Part shown: positions 56,730 to 64,000 of the stretch, one piece after another
Layout of the letters: the number at the start of each line of letters is the position of its first letter
Position numbering within the stretch: position 1 is the stretch's first letter
Sequence record: MK327935.1
Direction: 5' to 3' (one strand)
Length of the DNA: 64,000 nt
Origin: Escherichia phage vB_EcoM_G2494
The notes under the pieces: generated by a model
Told to the model about the DNA's origin: nothing
Seen by the model: only the letters and a program-made list of their open reading frames with translations
Database searches by the model: none
Position numbers and translations under genes: made by a program

Positions 56730-56982
56730 AGAATGAAATTTTCACAGACACAATTTTACCATAAGTGAAGAATGAATATACATTATCGAGATATTCAACG
56801 TCACCTACAATCACATCAAACTGCGGATCAGCAACCGCCGCAACATATTCTACCAGTTCATCAAGAGAATGCAACTTAATTTCATCAATTCGGCTGTATT
56901 TGGTTGCATCTTTGATTTTAAAACCACGTTCTTTCAGCTTATCAATTAGAATTTCACGCGGAGTTTCAAACAGTTTGCTCAT
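56662..56982 (-). CDS. hypothetical protein
   Basis: 106 aa; GAGGATTATATTATG start context. Confidence 0.45.
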   Translation of the reverse strand: MSKLFETPREILIDKLKERGFKIKDATKYSRIDEIKLHSLDELVEYVAAVADPQFDVIVGDVEYLDNVYSFFTYGKIVSVKISFCENVEVLASEPEKPTDNGPSAA

Positions 56983-57003
56983 AATATAATCCTCACATTA
57001 AAT

Positions 57004-57204
57004 CTAAAATTTGTTAACGACGAATTGCATAATTAGACTAATCACAAACATTGCAAACCAAGTATAAATGCAACAGATAAAAGCTACATACAATTCAATC
57101 TGGTCAGAGAATACACCGGGTAAAAGCATTAGCAAAATAACAACAGTAAAGACGCTAGCGATACCCGCAACAAAACCAATATCATTTTTACTAATCGTCA
57201 TCAA
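57004..57204 (-). CDS. small membrane protein
   Basis: 66 aa, two TM helices. Confidence 0.4.
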   Translation of the reverse strand: MMTISKNDIGFVAGIASVFTVVILLMLLPGVFSDQIELYVAFICCIYTWFAMFVISLIMQFVVNKF

Positions 57205-57410
57205 GTCACCGTTTTGTAAAGAAACACAATAAAATCCAAGACAAGAAAGACAGTGTAAATGATCATCGTCAAGACAGTAAACACTGTCAAATTTTCATCG
57301 TTAGTTAATTCATAGTCGCCCATCCATACAATCACAAGATATAGCATTGAAAGAATGGAAGCACCTACGAAGTTAAAAAACATATTCTTGAGCGTCATAT
57401 TAACAACCAT
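57201..57410 (-). CDS. small membrane protein
   Basis: 69 aa, two TM helices. Confidence 0.4.
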   Translation of the reverse strand: MVVNMTLKNMFFNFVGASILSMLYLVIVWMGDYELTNDENLTVFTVLTMIIYTVFLVLDFIVFLYKTVT

Positions 57411-57582
57411 CGCGGCTTAAGTCAACAGCAATTGCATACAGCATAATGAATATGCTAGCAGATCCGAGAATCAATACACCCTCACATTTTGAAACTCGCT
57501 CATCAAAATGTAACATTATCCATCCGAGGATGTTAAAGGCGCAGACCGCGCCTATGTTCGCTAACCAATTAATCTTTTTCAT
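57400..57582 (-). CDS. small membrane protein
   Basis: 60 aa, two TM helices. Confidence 0.4.
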   Translation of the reverse strand: MKKINWLANIGAVCAFNILGWIMLHFDERVSKCEGVLILGSASIFIMLYAIAVDLSRDGC

Positions 57583-57590
57583 AATATACC

Positions 57591-57917
57591 TTAGAAAGAA
57601 ACAGTTTTCAAGAAATCCAGATTTTCAGTACCGAAAACAGAAAAGTAGTGTTTTCCTTTTTCGGTTTTAGAGAAAGCGATTGTCTTCTCTACATGGTGAC
57701 GGAAGCCAGACAGACGATCACCCAGGTCAAGGCGGCAAGCGTAAGTAGTGCCGTTTTCGAAAGTAACCTCGATTTGAGTTTTGTCATATTCGCTTTCATA
57801 GGCTTTTGCTGCCGCGTCCTGTGCTTTACGCTCGAAGTCTTCGAAGTGGAATACTTCGTTTGCTTTAGCGAATACAGAAGATTCAGAGAAGATAACTTTA
57901 ACAGATACTGGTTTCAT
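57591..57917 (-). CDS. hypothetical protein
   Basis: 108 aa; preceded by conserved leader ...AGGAGTATCAAA-ATG. Confidence 0.5.
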   Translation of the reverse strand: MKPVSVKVIFSESSVFAKANEVFHFEDFERKAQDAAAKAYESEYDKTQIEVTFENGTTYACRLDLGDRLSGFRHHVEKTIAFSKTEKGKHYFSVFGTENLDFLKTVSF

Positions 57918-57958
57918 TTTGATACTCCTTAGTAGTTCGTGTTTCGTTTCGATGGGTG

Positions 57959-57989
57959 TATTATGCTATACACCCTATCGCGTGTCAAC
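57959..57989 (-). promoter_or_regulatory. sigma70-type early promoter with conserved leader
   Basis: TTGACA - 17 nt - CATAAT then leader ACACCCATCGAAACGAAACAC. Confidence 0.5.
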
Positions 57990-57996
57990 AACTTTT

Positions 57997-58185
57997 TTAG
58001 TCTTTTTTCAAAATTTTTAAGGCAGTTTCTACAGCACCTTTCCAACCTTCCCACATAATGGACATAGTAAGGAAGTTAAAGCACCCGCAGGAATCAACCT
58101 TTTTAGAGATAAACCATTCAACAAATCCTTCGCTCATACCATGCTCTTTAGCGGATTCGCGTAATTGTTCAATTTGGTCTTCCAT
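57997..58185 (-). CDS. hypothetical protein
   Basis: 62-aa ORF. Confidence 0.4.
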   Translation of the reverse strand: MEDQIEQLRESAKEHGMSEGFVEWFISKKVDSCGCFNFLTMSIMWEGWKGAVETALKILKKD

Positions 58186-58207
58186 AGTATCACCTCAACA
58201 CTTAACG

Positions 58208-58402
58208 TTATTCAAACTCAAACGGTCTATTCAACCTATTGTAAAAGTACATATAACAAGCAAAATTATGTTTTGGCTGTACCGTATCAGATAGACACGC
58301 TTTTACAGCCTCGCGGTCCGATGGGTCTACACCCTCAGCTTTAAGTAATGCTAAAATCTGGTTATAGCGTACTCTTAGTTGTACTAATGGTTTATCCCCC
58401 AT
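58208..58402 (-). CDS. hypothetical protein
   Basis: 64-aa ORF. Confidence 0.4.
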   Translation of the reverse strand: MGDKPLVQLRVRYNQILALLKAEGVDPSDREAVKACLSDTVQPKHNFACYMYFYNRLNRPFEFE

Positions 58403-58411
58403 ATTACCCCC

Positions 58412-58633
58412 TTATAGTTGATCAGCGATGTAAGCGTGACAAGCGCGGAGTTTCATTAATGCACTACCTTTCACTTCGCCTACGATGTTCATAACTTCTA
58501 AGCGGTCGGATGGATTCATCTTAGAGCACCAGATCTGGTTAGCCAATTCCAGTTTACTCATATTTGGTTCCATCTCAAACAGTTCACGCTCAAAGTCGAT
58601 AATTTCTTTTGCTGCGTCTTTAAAGTTAATCAT
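58412..58633 (-). CDS. hypothetical protein
   Basis: 73-aa ORF. Confidence 0.4.
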   Translation of the reverse strand: MINFKDAAKEIIDFERELFEMEPNMSKLELANQIWCSKMNPSDRLEVMNIVGEVKGSALMKLRACHAYIADQL

Positions 58634-58654
58634 TTTGATTCTCCCGTTTCGTTG

Positions 58655-58691
58655 ATGTTTGTATTGTAGGGGAGTTATCCTCCCCTGTCAA
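58655..58691 (-). promoter_or_regulatory. sigma70-type early promoter with spacer stem-loop (PeSL-like)
   Basis: TTGACA - 17 nt - TACAAT; spacer holds GGGGAG/CTCCCC inverted repeat. Confidence 0.45.
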
Positions 58692-58699
58692 CACTTTTA

Positions 58700-58885
58700 T
58701 CAGAAATATGCAATATAGTTTGCCAGTCCTACAGAGTCATCATTCGGCATTGCTTTTACTGCCAGTTCAAACCCTGCTTCAACTTTCTGTTTAGCGGATT
58801 CTTCGTTATAACCCCAGATTACCAGAATAGCTACTACGTTTTCTTTGCTTACTGCTTTCAGTGCTTTAGTGATGCGACGTGCCAT
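58700..58885 (-). CDS. hypothetical protein
   Basis: 61 aa; conserved leader ...ACGGAGAATCAAATT-ATG. Confidence 0.4.
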   Translation of the reverse strand: MARRITKALKAVSKENVVAILVIWGYNEESAKQKVEAGFELAVKAMPNDDSVGLANYIAYF

Positions 58886-58930
58886 AATTTGATTCTCCGT
58901 TTAAGAAAGTGTGTTTCGTTTCGATGGGTG

Positions 58931-58961
58931 TATTATGCTATAGGCCGGATCTGGTGTCAAC
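58931..58961 (-). promoter_or_regulatory. sigma70-type early promoter with conserved leader
   Basis: TTGACA - 17 nt - CATAAT then ACACCCATCGAAACGAAACAC. Confidence 0.5.
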
Positions 58962-59162
58962 AACTTTTTTAAAAAATTTTAGGCAATAAAAAAGCCACTC
59001 CGAAGAGTGGCTTATAGGGAAGGTAGCGAATCTTCCTTGTCTCCAACCTGCTAGCGGCCTAGCAAGTGAATGCTTTAGCGTACCGGATCGCCCACATACG
59101 CTGTAATAAATGCGGCTAGGTGACGTCCAAATCATTCTAACCGCGCTGTCTTTAGTTCACTA

Positions 59163-59381
59163 TTATTTATATCGCTTTCTCTCGCGACGTTTTTGATCTT
59201 CTTCCTTGATAGAGTTAAATGCATCAAAAAGACACATGAAACTAATAATAAACATAACCGTATTTTCTATGATATCCCACGGCTTCGCATCAGTACAGAT
59301 CCCCCAAACGGTAAGAAATGCAAATAGTGCAGAAGAGATCACAAGCATGATACTTGCTAAGATATAAAAAGTCATTTTCAT
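59163..59381 (-). CDS. small membrane protein
   Basis: 72 aa, two TM helices, basic C-terminus. Confidence 0.4.
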   Translation of the reverse strand: MKMTFYILASIMLVISSALFAFLTVWGICTDAKPWDIIENTVMFIISFMCLFDAFNSIKEEDQKRRERKRYK

Positions 59382-59572
59382 GGTTTTACCTCAATTCTTC
59401 GATATTCATCACACATCCACGCAGTAAGCAAGAATCCCAACACATAAGCAACAAAATACGTTAATGCTTCTTCTGGTTCGGTGCTATGCGCCATCATCAG
59501 ACCAGCGAGAAAGGTCTTAACAATTACATTTAAAATAATTAGCCACGCAAATAATTTCATCGTTTGCCCCAT
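59378..59572 (-). CDS. small membrane protein
   Basis: 64 aa, two TM helices. Confidence 0.4.
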   Translation of the reverse strand: MGQTMKLFAWLIILNVIVKTFLAGLMMAHSTEPEEALTYFVAYVLGFLLTAWMCDEYRRIEVKP

Positions 59573-59796
59573 TTCGGTCGAGTCTTTTCAAACTTATACA
59601 TTCCGTAACAATCTCGAATCATCCACGTAACAAGAGCACCAGTCAACACAGACAATACACAGAAGAAGTAAAACGGTCCGGTTGCATTATCAACATGAGC
59701 AAGCCAGGTAAAGAAAACACATGCTAAGAATGTGAAGAACATCATAAAACACAAGAAAGCAAAATATTTTATGCTACTCATAGCGCCACCATACAA
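59557..59796 (-). CDS. small membrane protein
   Basis: 79 aa, two TM helices. Confidence 0.4.
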   Translation of the reverse strand: MYGGAMSSIKYFAFLCFMMFFTFLACVFFTWLAHVDNATGPFYFFCVLSVLTGALVTWMIRDCYGMYKFEKTRPKWGKR

Positions 59797-59884
59797 CAGA
59801 TCATAAGAAAACCCAACGCAATAAGAATTGCATCAAATTTAGTGAACTCCGGTCCACCTATCAACATCATTCGTTCTATTTCGT

Positions 59885-60127
59885 TCATAGCGTACAAAGC
59901 CATTTAAAAGCACCACATAAAGCGAGCAGAATACTAGGTATAAACGAGATCAAAACAAGGTTGCAAAAATCATCTAAGGTAACACCGGAATAGCTACCTA
60001 CTGTAACAACACCGATCATCAGACACAGAAAGAAAACAAATGCAATCAGAAACAAAGTATTACTAAACAGTTTAGTGATCATTAGACACCCCACGACGAT
60101 CAATTTCAAAAACTTTTTTATCATCAA
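59885..60127 (-). CDS. small membrane protein
   Basis: 80 aa, two TM helices. Confidence 0.4.
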   Translation of the reverse strand: MMIKKFLKLIVVGCLMITKLFSNTLFLIAFVFFLCLMIGVVTVGSYSGVTLDDFCNLVLISFIPSILLALCGAFKWLCTL

Positions 60128-60275
60128 CGAAGCATGTCACAACTGCCTCGTTGACTTCCGCAAATTGTTGTGTTACCCACTTAAGGTCAGAGCGAAACAA
60201 TGTTCTATTAATAACAAATGTTTTACCGCTCTTATCCTTACCCATAAATTTTGCTTTAACCATATCAAATTCCAT
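60072..60275 (-). CDS. hypothetical protein
   Basis: 67-aa ORF. Confidence 0.4.
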   Translation of the reverse strand: MEFDMVKAKFMGKDKSGKTFVINRTLFRSDLKWVTQQFAEVNEAVVTCFVDDKKVFEIDRRGVSNDH

Positions 60276-60293
60276 ATTATCACCTTATTTGCT

Positions 60294-60443
60294 AATCGCT
60301 AAACCCAATCCGAAGAGAGCACCCGATGCTACAGTATACCCGAAAGTTTCAAAGGCAGTAAAGATATCTAAGCCACCAGCTAACAGAGTTGCAGTAAACA
60401 GAGTACCAGCTACGAACATAAAAGTTTTACCGATGAATTTCAT
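60294..60443 (-). CDS. small membrane protein (unlisted ORF)
   Basis: ~50-aa hydrophobic ORF (MKFIGKTFMFVAGTLF...) behind conserved leader AGGAGAATCAAA-ATG; below table cutoff; coordinates approximate. Confidence 0.35.
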
Positions 60444-60469
60444 TTTGATTCTCCTTTCGTTTGTTTGTG

Positions 60470-60503
60470 GGGGTATCTTACTACCCCCGTTTCATGTTGT
60501 CAA
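60470..60503 (-). promoter_or_regulatory. sigma70-type early promoter with dyad symmetry (PeSL-like)
   Basis: TTGACA - 17 nt - TAAGAT; inverted repeat GGGGGTA/TACCCCC around -10. Confidence 0.45.
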
Positions 60504-60509
60504 CTATTT

Positions 60510-60884
60510 TTAAGAATATTTTACTTCGTCTACAATGTCTTTCATGACATTGATTTCCATTCCGGTCAGAACACGTTGGAACATGTGCTGCACATACGCT
60601 TTCAGGTATTCATTTGATGGCTTGCTATCGAAAGTCTTTTTAGTGTAGTAGTCATCACCGAAAGCTACTGTAATTACATTTTCGTCGTCGTTCCAAGCGA
60701 TATAAGCAAATTTGCCGTTATCCCAGAAGCGAGCACTAATTGCTACTTTTGTTGAATCGAATCCTACTTCGCTGTGAGATTCAAGAACTACTTGCGTACC
60801 AGTTTCTTTATGAATGTAGTAGCGGGATACTAAGTCAAAGTTACGGGTGTAGTGACATTCGAATTTATCTTTAAACATCATCAT
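60510..60884 (-). CDS. hypothetical protein
   Basis: Trimmed to MMMFKDKFE... behind conserved leader ...AGGAGAATCAAA-ATG. Confidence 0.45.
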   Translation of the reverse strand: MMMFKDKFECHYTRNFDLVSRYYIHKETGTQVVLESHSEVGFDSTKVAISARFWDNGKFAYIAWNDDENVITVAFGDDYYTKKTFDSKPSNEYLKAYVQHMFQRVLTGMEINVMKDIVDEVKYS

Positions 60885-60920
60885 TTTGATTCTCCTAAGT
60901 GTGTTTCGTTTCGATATGTG

Positions 60921-60951
60921 CATTATGCTATAGTCGTTTATGGTTGTCAAC
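60921..60951 (-). promoter_or_regulatory. sigma70-type early promoter with conserved leader
   Basis: TTGACA - 17 nt - CATAAT then leader CACATATCGAAACGAAACAC. Confidence 0.5.
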
Positions 60952-60960
60952 ACCTAAAAA

Positions 60961-60987
60961 CAAAAAACCCCGAAAAATTTTTCGGGG
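60961..60987 (-). terminator. intrinsic terminator after Acb1-like gene
   Basis: CCCCGAAAAATTTTTCGGGG hairpin followed by TTTTTTGTTTTT on minus strand. Confidence 0.55.
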
Positions 60988-60994
60988 TATAGAA

Positions 60995-61465
60995 TTACAG
61001 TTTGGTCGTCCACTCCAGGTCTAGATCTTCGACATACTCATGAGATCGGACAATCTCTAAATCGAACTCTAGGTTAGTGCCAAATTTACGCGCACCAACA
61101 TCATAAGAAAGCGTGATATGCGGTACATATTCAGGATAATCCCACGTCGCACCTAAAGCAGTGCCGATATCGTGTCTGAATTGCATGTAGTCGCTTTCAA
61201 ATGCCAGCACAAGCGCATTAGTACCGGATTGAGTTTCAAACACTTTCAGATGGCATAGAGAGCCTAAGAACTTCTCCCCTTCTTCTGGGATAAACGGAAC
61301 ATAGACACGAGAATATAAGATAGTGCTATGCAGTTTATCACGAGGAACGGCATTAGGCAGATCGTAGAACTCCTGCAATTTTTCAATGCGGTCTAGTGTA
61401 TCCTCAGTGAATTTAACCGCCGCATATGTACCTTTAACGGATTCTCGAAACGGGGTCATAATCAA
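60995..61465 (-). CDS. 2H phosphoesterase, Acb1-like (anti-CBASS cyclic-oligonucleotide phosphodiesterase candidate; T4 57B position)
   Basis: 156 aa; two H-x-T-x motifs (HSTIL, HITLS) typical of 2H phosphoesterases; immediately upstream of 57A as T4 57B/Acb1. Confidence 0.6.
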   Translation of the reverse strand: MIMTPFRESVKGTYAAVKFTEDTLDRIEKLQEFYDLPNAVPRDKLHSTILYSRVYVPFIPEEGEKFLGSLCHLKVFETQSGTNALVLAFESDYMQFRHDIGTALGATWDYPEYVPHITLSYDVGARKFGTNLEFDLEIVRSHEYVEDLDLEWTTKL

Positions 61466-61728
61466 GCCTCCGTGATCAGTTCTACTTCCTCTTTAGCGTC
61501 TTCCGCTGCTTCGTCTTTAGGGAGAAGTGCTTTCACTTCTTCGACAATAGCATCAAGGGAAACAGTCCCGTTTTCGTCTGGCTGAATACCCAGAATGCGT
61601 ACCAGTTCCATCAATACACGCTCACGATCTTTCAGTTGGCCTTCTAAGAATGCGGCCTTTTCTTGAGTGTCAAACAGACGTACTTTCAGGACATTAATCA
61701 TTTGTTCATGCTGATTGGACATATTCAC
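61462..61728 (-). CDS. 57A: tail fibre assembly chaperone 57A
   Basis: 88 aa; helical acidic protein resembling T4 gp57A, located upstream of gene 1. Confidence 0.65.
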   Translation of the reverse strand: MNMSNQHEQMINVLKVRLFDTQEKAAFLEGQLKDRERVLMELVRILGIQPDENGTVSLDAIVEEVKALLPKDEAAEDAKEEVELITEA

Positions 61729-61754
61729 ATCTCCTACTTGTTGATAACTTTTTA

Positions 61755-62411
61755 TTAAATGTTCGCGAGAATCGCGCTTTCAAATTCTTCTAATGTACCA
61801 TTATTTATGATAATGGTTTCACCGTCAATAGGCAAAATTCCTTTTTCGGTGGAGTGAGTCGATACAATACCAGTATCACGCTGAATATGCAACACCTTAG
61901 CACCCATAGAACGCACGAGAGCAATTTCAATAGGCTGACGCACATCAACCACTACAAAATAACCTTCTTCATTTTTGCGCTTCATAAACTCATTCACGAA
62001 GAGATTACACCAATAAAGCGGATTGATCAAGTTAACCATTATATCAGTACCGAGAGTGGTTAACATGAGACGAATAGACCAGACGTTATTATGTTTTTCG
62101 CCAATCTCATTAACGACCTTGTAAATCTCAGCCAGACGATCACAAGTAAAGGAACTACCGCCATACTTCGAATCTAGCATAAGCAGACACTGAATAAACC
62201 ACTTATGCGCGGTATAGGTATCAATACCTAGATCGGATTCTCTGTCACGCCCTAACCCGTCAAAGTCAAGATAAGTCAGACCTAAGTCTGGTTGACATTC
62301 GCACAATATTTCTTTGATCGGTGCTGCCAGTTGATAACTATGTCCATCAATGATTAACGCGGCAGTGTCTTTTCCTACTCGCTTTTTACCACAAAGTGCA
62401 ATCAATTTCAT
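61755..62411 (-). CDS. 1: deoxynucleoside monophosphate kinase
   Basis: 218 aa; MKLI-L-G-KR-GKDT P-loop, WSIR-LM-TLGTD, PIRDG-like blocks as T4 gp1. Confidence 0.85.
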   Translation of the reverse strand: MKLIALCGKKRVGKDTAALIIDGHSYQLAAPIKEILCECQPDLGLTYLDFDGLGRDRESDLGIDTYTAHKWFIQCLLMLDSKYGGSSFTCDRLAEIYKVVNEIGEKHNNVWSIRLMLTTLGTDIMVNLINPLYWCNLFVNEFMKRKNEEGYFVVVDVRQPIEIALVRSMGAKVLHIQRDTGIVSTHSTEKGILPIDGETIIINNGTLEEFESAILANI

Positions 62412-62426
62412 TATATAAGCCTCTTA

Positions 62427-63017
62427 TTACTTTCTAAAAGCAGGGTGCATAGCTTTAATACCTTCCACCCTCTGACGATCCGCCGCCTGAATTGCTGGGC
62501 GAGGAACGATCAGTTGACCATCACGTTCAATGCTCATTGTTTTAAAGGGAAGAATTGCAGTACACACCAGAGATTCATGCATATCATCGGTGTATGTTAA
62601 CTCAAGTTCCCCCAATTGTGAACACCAACAACCATAAAAGTTAAAAGTGCACACAATGTTACGTCGTTCGTTGTCCATCATGTGAACTTGAACGGCTTCC
62701 GGCATTGAATCCTTCCACGCAGTGGAGTTACCGTTATTGTAGTCTACTATAGAAAGCATCCATGTGTAAAGGTTTAGATAACTTTCCAAATGCTCATCGA
62801 CAATAAACCGGACTACCAGCGGGTCAAACTCTACATGACTAGACGGATAATCAGCAACCGCCAAACCATATTGACCAGCAACTTGTTTAGTCGGTGGAAT
62901 GGTTATAGCAGGAAGTGTAACACCTTGAGCATTTAAAGTAAAGCCTTTTGTTAGTTGCCCATCTGGAATATTGATCTGCCAGTTGCTGGGGTTAGCATAG
63001 TTAAAGAGATTAGACAT
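62427..63017 (-). CDS. putative tail completion / sheath stabiliser protein (gene 3 position)
   Basis: 196-aa ORF following gene 1 as gene 3 does in T4; sequence identity not verified. Confidence 0.4.
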   Translation of the reverse strand: MSNLFNYANPSNWQINIPDGQLTKGFTLNAQGVTLPAITIPPTKQVAGQYGLAVADYPSSHVEFDPLVVRFIVDEHLESYLNLYTWMLSIVDYNNGNSTAWKDSMPEAVQVHMMDNERRNIVCTFNFYGCWCSQLGELELTYTDDMHESLVCTAILPFKTMSIERDGQLIVPRPAIQAADRQRVEGIKAMHPAFRK

Positions 63018-63206
63018 TACTGATTCCTCAAATGAAAATATTTATTAACAATTGTCGCTTTGCGACGTGCCGTAGGCACTGACTACTTTTTAACCTAAAC
63101 AAATTTTTATTATTCTAAAGATCTTTCTTCGTTTTGGTTATGTTTTAACCAATAACTATATTTTTATACAGTAATAAATAAAACGGGTACTATACGAGGA
63201 CTTCTT

Positions 63207-63461
63207 ATGACAGAAGACATTTTGTTAAAACTCTATGATCGTTTGGACAACGAATTGGCAACATTGCGGGGTGAAGTTCTCTATTTGTCTAAATGCAATA
63301 CAGATCTGCTTAAGCAGATTGCAGAAAGGGATGATCAAATAAAATCCCTTTCAGGTGCATTACGTGATCGCGACAAGGCATTAGAGATTTTACAGCGTGT
63401 TACCAATAAGGAAGAATTAAAAGACTTCTTACATGGTTATGCTCATGCTATCGATCTATAA
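63207..63461 (+). CDS. hypothetical coiled-coil protein
   Basis: Only convincing plus-strand gene: 84 aa, GAGGA SD, AT-rich upstream region with AATAAATA late-promoter-like motif, followed by strong hairpin terminator. Confidence 0.5.
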   Translation: MTEDILLKLYDRLDNELATLRGEVLYLSKCNTDLLKQIAERDDQIKSLSGALRDRDKALEILQRVTNKEELKDFLHGYAHAIDL

Positions 63462-63488
63462 TAAAAAAAGCCCGTCAATGACGGGCTT
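63462..63488. terminator. bidirectional intrinsic terminator
   Basis: GCCCGTC-AAT-GACGGGC hairpin flanked by A-run and T-rich tract, between convergent genes. Confidence 0.6.
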
Positions 63489-63492
63489 AATG

Positions 63493-64000
63493 TTATGCAT
63501 CCTTCCAAACTTTCCTTGCGTCGTATTTCTTGCCTTTTGACATAAACTGATATGTCGGCATATAGATAATATTGCTCCAGTCTTTCGGGCTAATCTCAAC
63601 AAGTTTTGTTTTAATGTGTCCCGGTAGATATGCTTTGATCATGTGATCACTTCCACGCATACCTTTTACATCGCTCCATTTGATTTTTAAGCGTGTTTTA
63701 TTGCTCAAGGTAGGAGTAGATGCATATTGCTTTAAAAGTGCTTCCAGAAACTGCTGACGGGCTTTAGGCGTTACATAGTGTAAGTTAAGACCCAGCATTA
63801 CAGTATTACCCGCCTTTGTCTTAGAATCACCCAGACAAATGATCAGCGGGAAAACATCCCAATATGGCAAAGTGTCTTTATACTTCGCATCATACATAAA
63901 GGTATAGATTCGCCCTACTTGCGGTTTTACAATCTGGTGTCCCTTTATTCCCGCTTTTATTGTTTTAGTAAACCACTCCTGTGATTTTTCTTTAGGACGA
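63493..64000 (-). CDS. late structural protein, C-terminal part (gene 2- or 4-like by position)
   Basis: ORF open to the window edge (>=168 codons, start beyond 64000); convergent with the plus-strand gene; assignment by synteny only. Confidence 0.35.
   Translation of the reverse strand, partial: RPKEKSQEWFTKTIKAGIKGHQIVKPQVGRIYTFMYDAKYKDTLPYWDVFPLIICLGDSKTKAGNTVMLGLNLHYVTPKARQQFLEALLKQYASTPTLSNKTRLKIKWSDVKGMRGSDHMIKAYLPGHIKTKLVEISPKDWSNIIYMPTYQFMSKGKKYDARKVWKDA

Noticed and set aside
35560-60951. CRISPR array or tandem repeat suggested by the recurring ~40-60 nt elements
   Set aside because: The repeats are irregularly spaced (hundreds to thousands of nt apart), sit upstream of protein-coding genes and contain promoter hexamers; no cas genes are present.

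Overview
This window reads as a contiguous segment of a T4-like (Tevenvirinae-type) myovirus genome, called from protein motifs and T4 gene order without any database search. Almost every gene is on the minus strand. From low to high coordinates: rIIA, fused topoisomerase II gene 39, dexA, dda, a Mod-like ADP-ribosyltransferase candidate, dCTPase gp56, a free-standing HNH-AP2 homing endonuclease, primase gp61, helicase gp41, UvsX, DNA polymerase gp43 interrupted by a ~1.1 kb HNH-endonuclease-bearing insertion (probable group I intron), regA, clamp loader gp62/gp44, clamp gp45, rpbA, gp46/gp47, late sigma gp55, a P-loop NTPase of unknown role, nrdH, nrdG and nrdD flanked by tandem paralog arrays, endonuclease VII, nrdC, Dam methylase, then a hyperplastic stretch of small ORFs punctuated by repeated sigma70-type promoter/stem-loop cassettes, thymidine kinase, a TARG1-like macro domain protein, regB, a small nucleotidyltransferase, a GrcA-like glycyl-radical cofactor, a T5-type L-Ala-D-Glu peptidase endolysin, clusters of small membrane proteins, an Acb1-like 2H phosphoesterase, 57A, dNMP kinase gp1 and the start of the late tail/head genes. 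No rRNA, tRNA or CRISPR array was found. Listed ORF starts may use GTG/TTG, so several true starts were moved to a downstream ATG with a Shine-Dalgarno; my own base indexing may be off by 1-2 nt, so regulatory coordinates are approximate.
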